A DNA stretch of 64,000 bases from an uncultured cyanobacterium. Lineage in GTDB: Bacteria; Cyanobacteriota; Cyanobacteriia; Cyanobacteriales; CAWUOF01. A program made the position numbers and the translations under genes. Below, piece by piece: positions 63,050 through 64,000 of the stretch; position 1 is the stretch's first letter; each line of letters opens with the position of its first letter. The stretch is from NCBI GenBank assembly GCA_963744145.1, contig CAVUSO010000001.1, forward strand, positions 1,120,001 to 1,184,000, read 5' to 3'. The notes under the pieces are model-generated. The model was not told the DNA's origin, did not search any database, and was given only the letters and a program-made list of their open reading frames with translations.

Positions 63050-64000
63050 ATGGCTGAGACTTATCTGCTGGATAAATTAAAATCCGTTGAACAAACTTTC
63101 AACGAGCTAACCAGACGACTAGCTGACCCAGATATCGCCACTGATCCATCTGAGTTTCAAAAGGTAGCTAAGGCTCGTTCTTCTTTGGAAGAAGTGGCTG
63201 ATACTTTTGAAATTTGGAAAAATACTAATGAGGATTTGGTAGGTGCTAGAGAAGTGCTCAAGGAAGCATCTACTGATCCGGAATTACAAGAGATTGCTGC
63301 TTTGGAGGTAGAGGAATTAGAAGCGAAGTTGGTAGAGTTGGAAACTCAGCTCAAAATCTTGCTGCTTCCTCGTGATCCGAATGATGATAAGAATATCATG
63401 TTGGAAATTCGGGCTGGAACTGGAGGGGATGAAGCTAGTATTTGGGCTGGGGATTTAGTCCGGATGTACTCCCGCTATGCGGAAAGCCAACATTGGAAAG
63501 TGAAGCTAGTGAGTGAGTCCCTAGCTGATATGGGTGGGTTTAAGGAAGCGATTCTTGAAATTCAAGGCGATCGCGTTTATAGTAAGTTGAAGTTTGAAGC
63601 TGGAGTCCATCGTGTCCAAAGGGTGCCTGTTACTGAAGCTGGGGGACGAGTTCATACTTCAACTGCAACTGTAGCGATTATGCCTGAAGTGGATGATGTG
63701 GAAATCCATATTGACCCGAAAGATATTGAAATGTCCACAGCTCGTTCGGGGGGTGCTGGTGGTCAGAACGTCAATAAGGTAGAAACAGCGGCTGACCTCT
63801 ATCATAAACCGACGGGTATTCGCATTTTCTGTACAGAAGAGCGTTCTCAGTTACAAAATAAAGAGCGGGCAATGCAGATTTTGCGGGCTAAACTCTATGA
63901 AATGAAACTGCGGGAACAGCAAGATGCAGTCACTTCCATGCGTCGGACTCAGGTGGGGACAGGTTCGCGATCGGAAAAAATCCGGACATACAATTATAAG
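63050..64000 (+). CDS. prfA: Peptide chain release factor 1 (runs off the window)
   Basis: Manual translation [14 protein letters not shown]...[11 protein letters not shown]...VQRVPVTE (PxT)...GAGGQNVNK. Confidence 0.97.
   Translation, partial: MAETYLLDKLKSVEQTFNELTRRLADPDIATDPSEFQKVAKARSSLEEVADTFEIWKNTNEDLVGAREVLKEASTDPELQEIAALEVEELEAKLVELETQLKILLLPRDPNDDKNIMLEIRAGTGGDEASIWAGDLVRMYSRYAESQHWKVKLVSESLADMGGFKEAILEIQGDRVYSKLKFEAGVHRVQRVPVTEAGGRVHTSTATVAIMPEVDDVEIHIDPKDIEMSTARSGGAGGQNVNKVETAADLYHKPTGIRIFCTEERSQLQNKERAMQILRAKLYEMKLREQQDAVTSMRRTQVGTGSRSEKIRTYNYK

Noticed and set aside
1..64000. HIP1 (GCGATCGC) abundance as a novel repeat; search for tRNA, rRNA, integrase, transposase or reverse transcriptase
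   Set aside because: HIP1 is a well-known cyanobacterial feature; none of the other elements were recognisable in the window.

Overview
This is a cyanobacterial chromosomal window. The HIP1 octamer GCGATCGC is frequent throughout, and hetF, ndhN, nrrA and Fd-GOGAT are present, which suggests a filamentous form. The right third (46.6-64 kb) is the ordinary rplC-prfA ribosomal super-operon. The left two thirds mix housekeeping genes with accessory DNA. Main points: (1) A vestigial type I-D CRISPR module: intact-length cas6, an in-frame-deleted 88-aa cas4 keeping four Cys, a 7-codon cas1 stub, and no array. (2) A hierarchy of tiny selfish elements. 24-nt SDR-like units nest up to three deep inside ~400-bp REP-rich MITEs (three copies forming an empty/single/triple series) and nest in frame inside a DUF4349 gene. 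(3) Two cargo blocks bounded by direct REP-containing repeats: a DUF4160/DUF2442 TA pair, and an ~11.4-kb island between ndhN and rplC. (4) A NotI-fold endonuclease paired with an N6-adenine methyltransferase, with ATGCAT apparently avoided. (5) Four genes each broken by one extra base, possibly assembly errors. Family names come from recognition of motifs; no database search was run.
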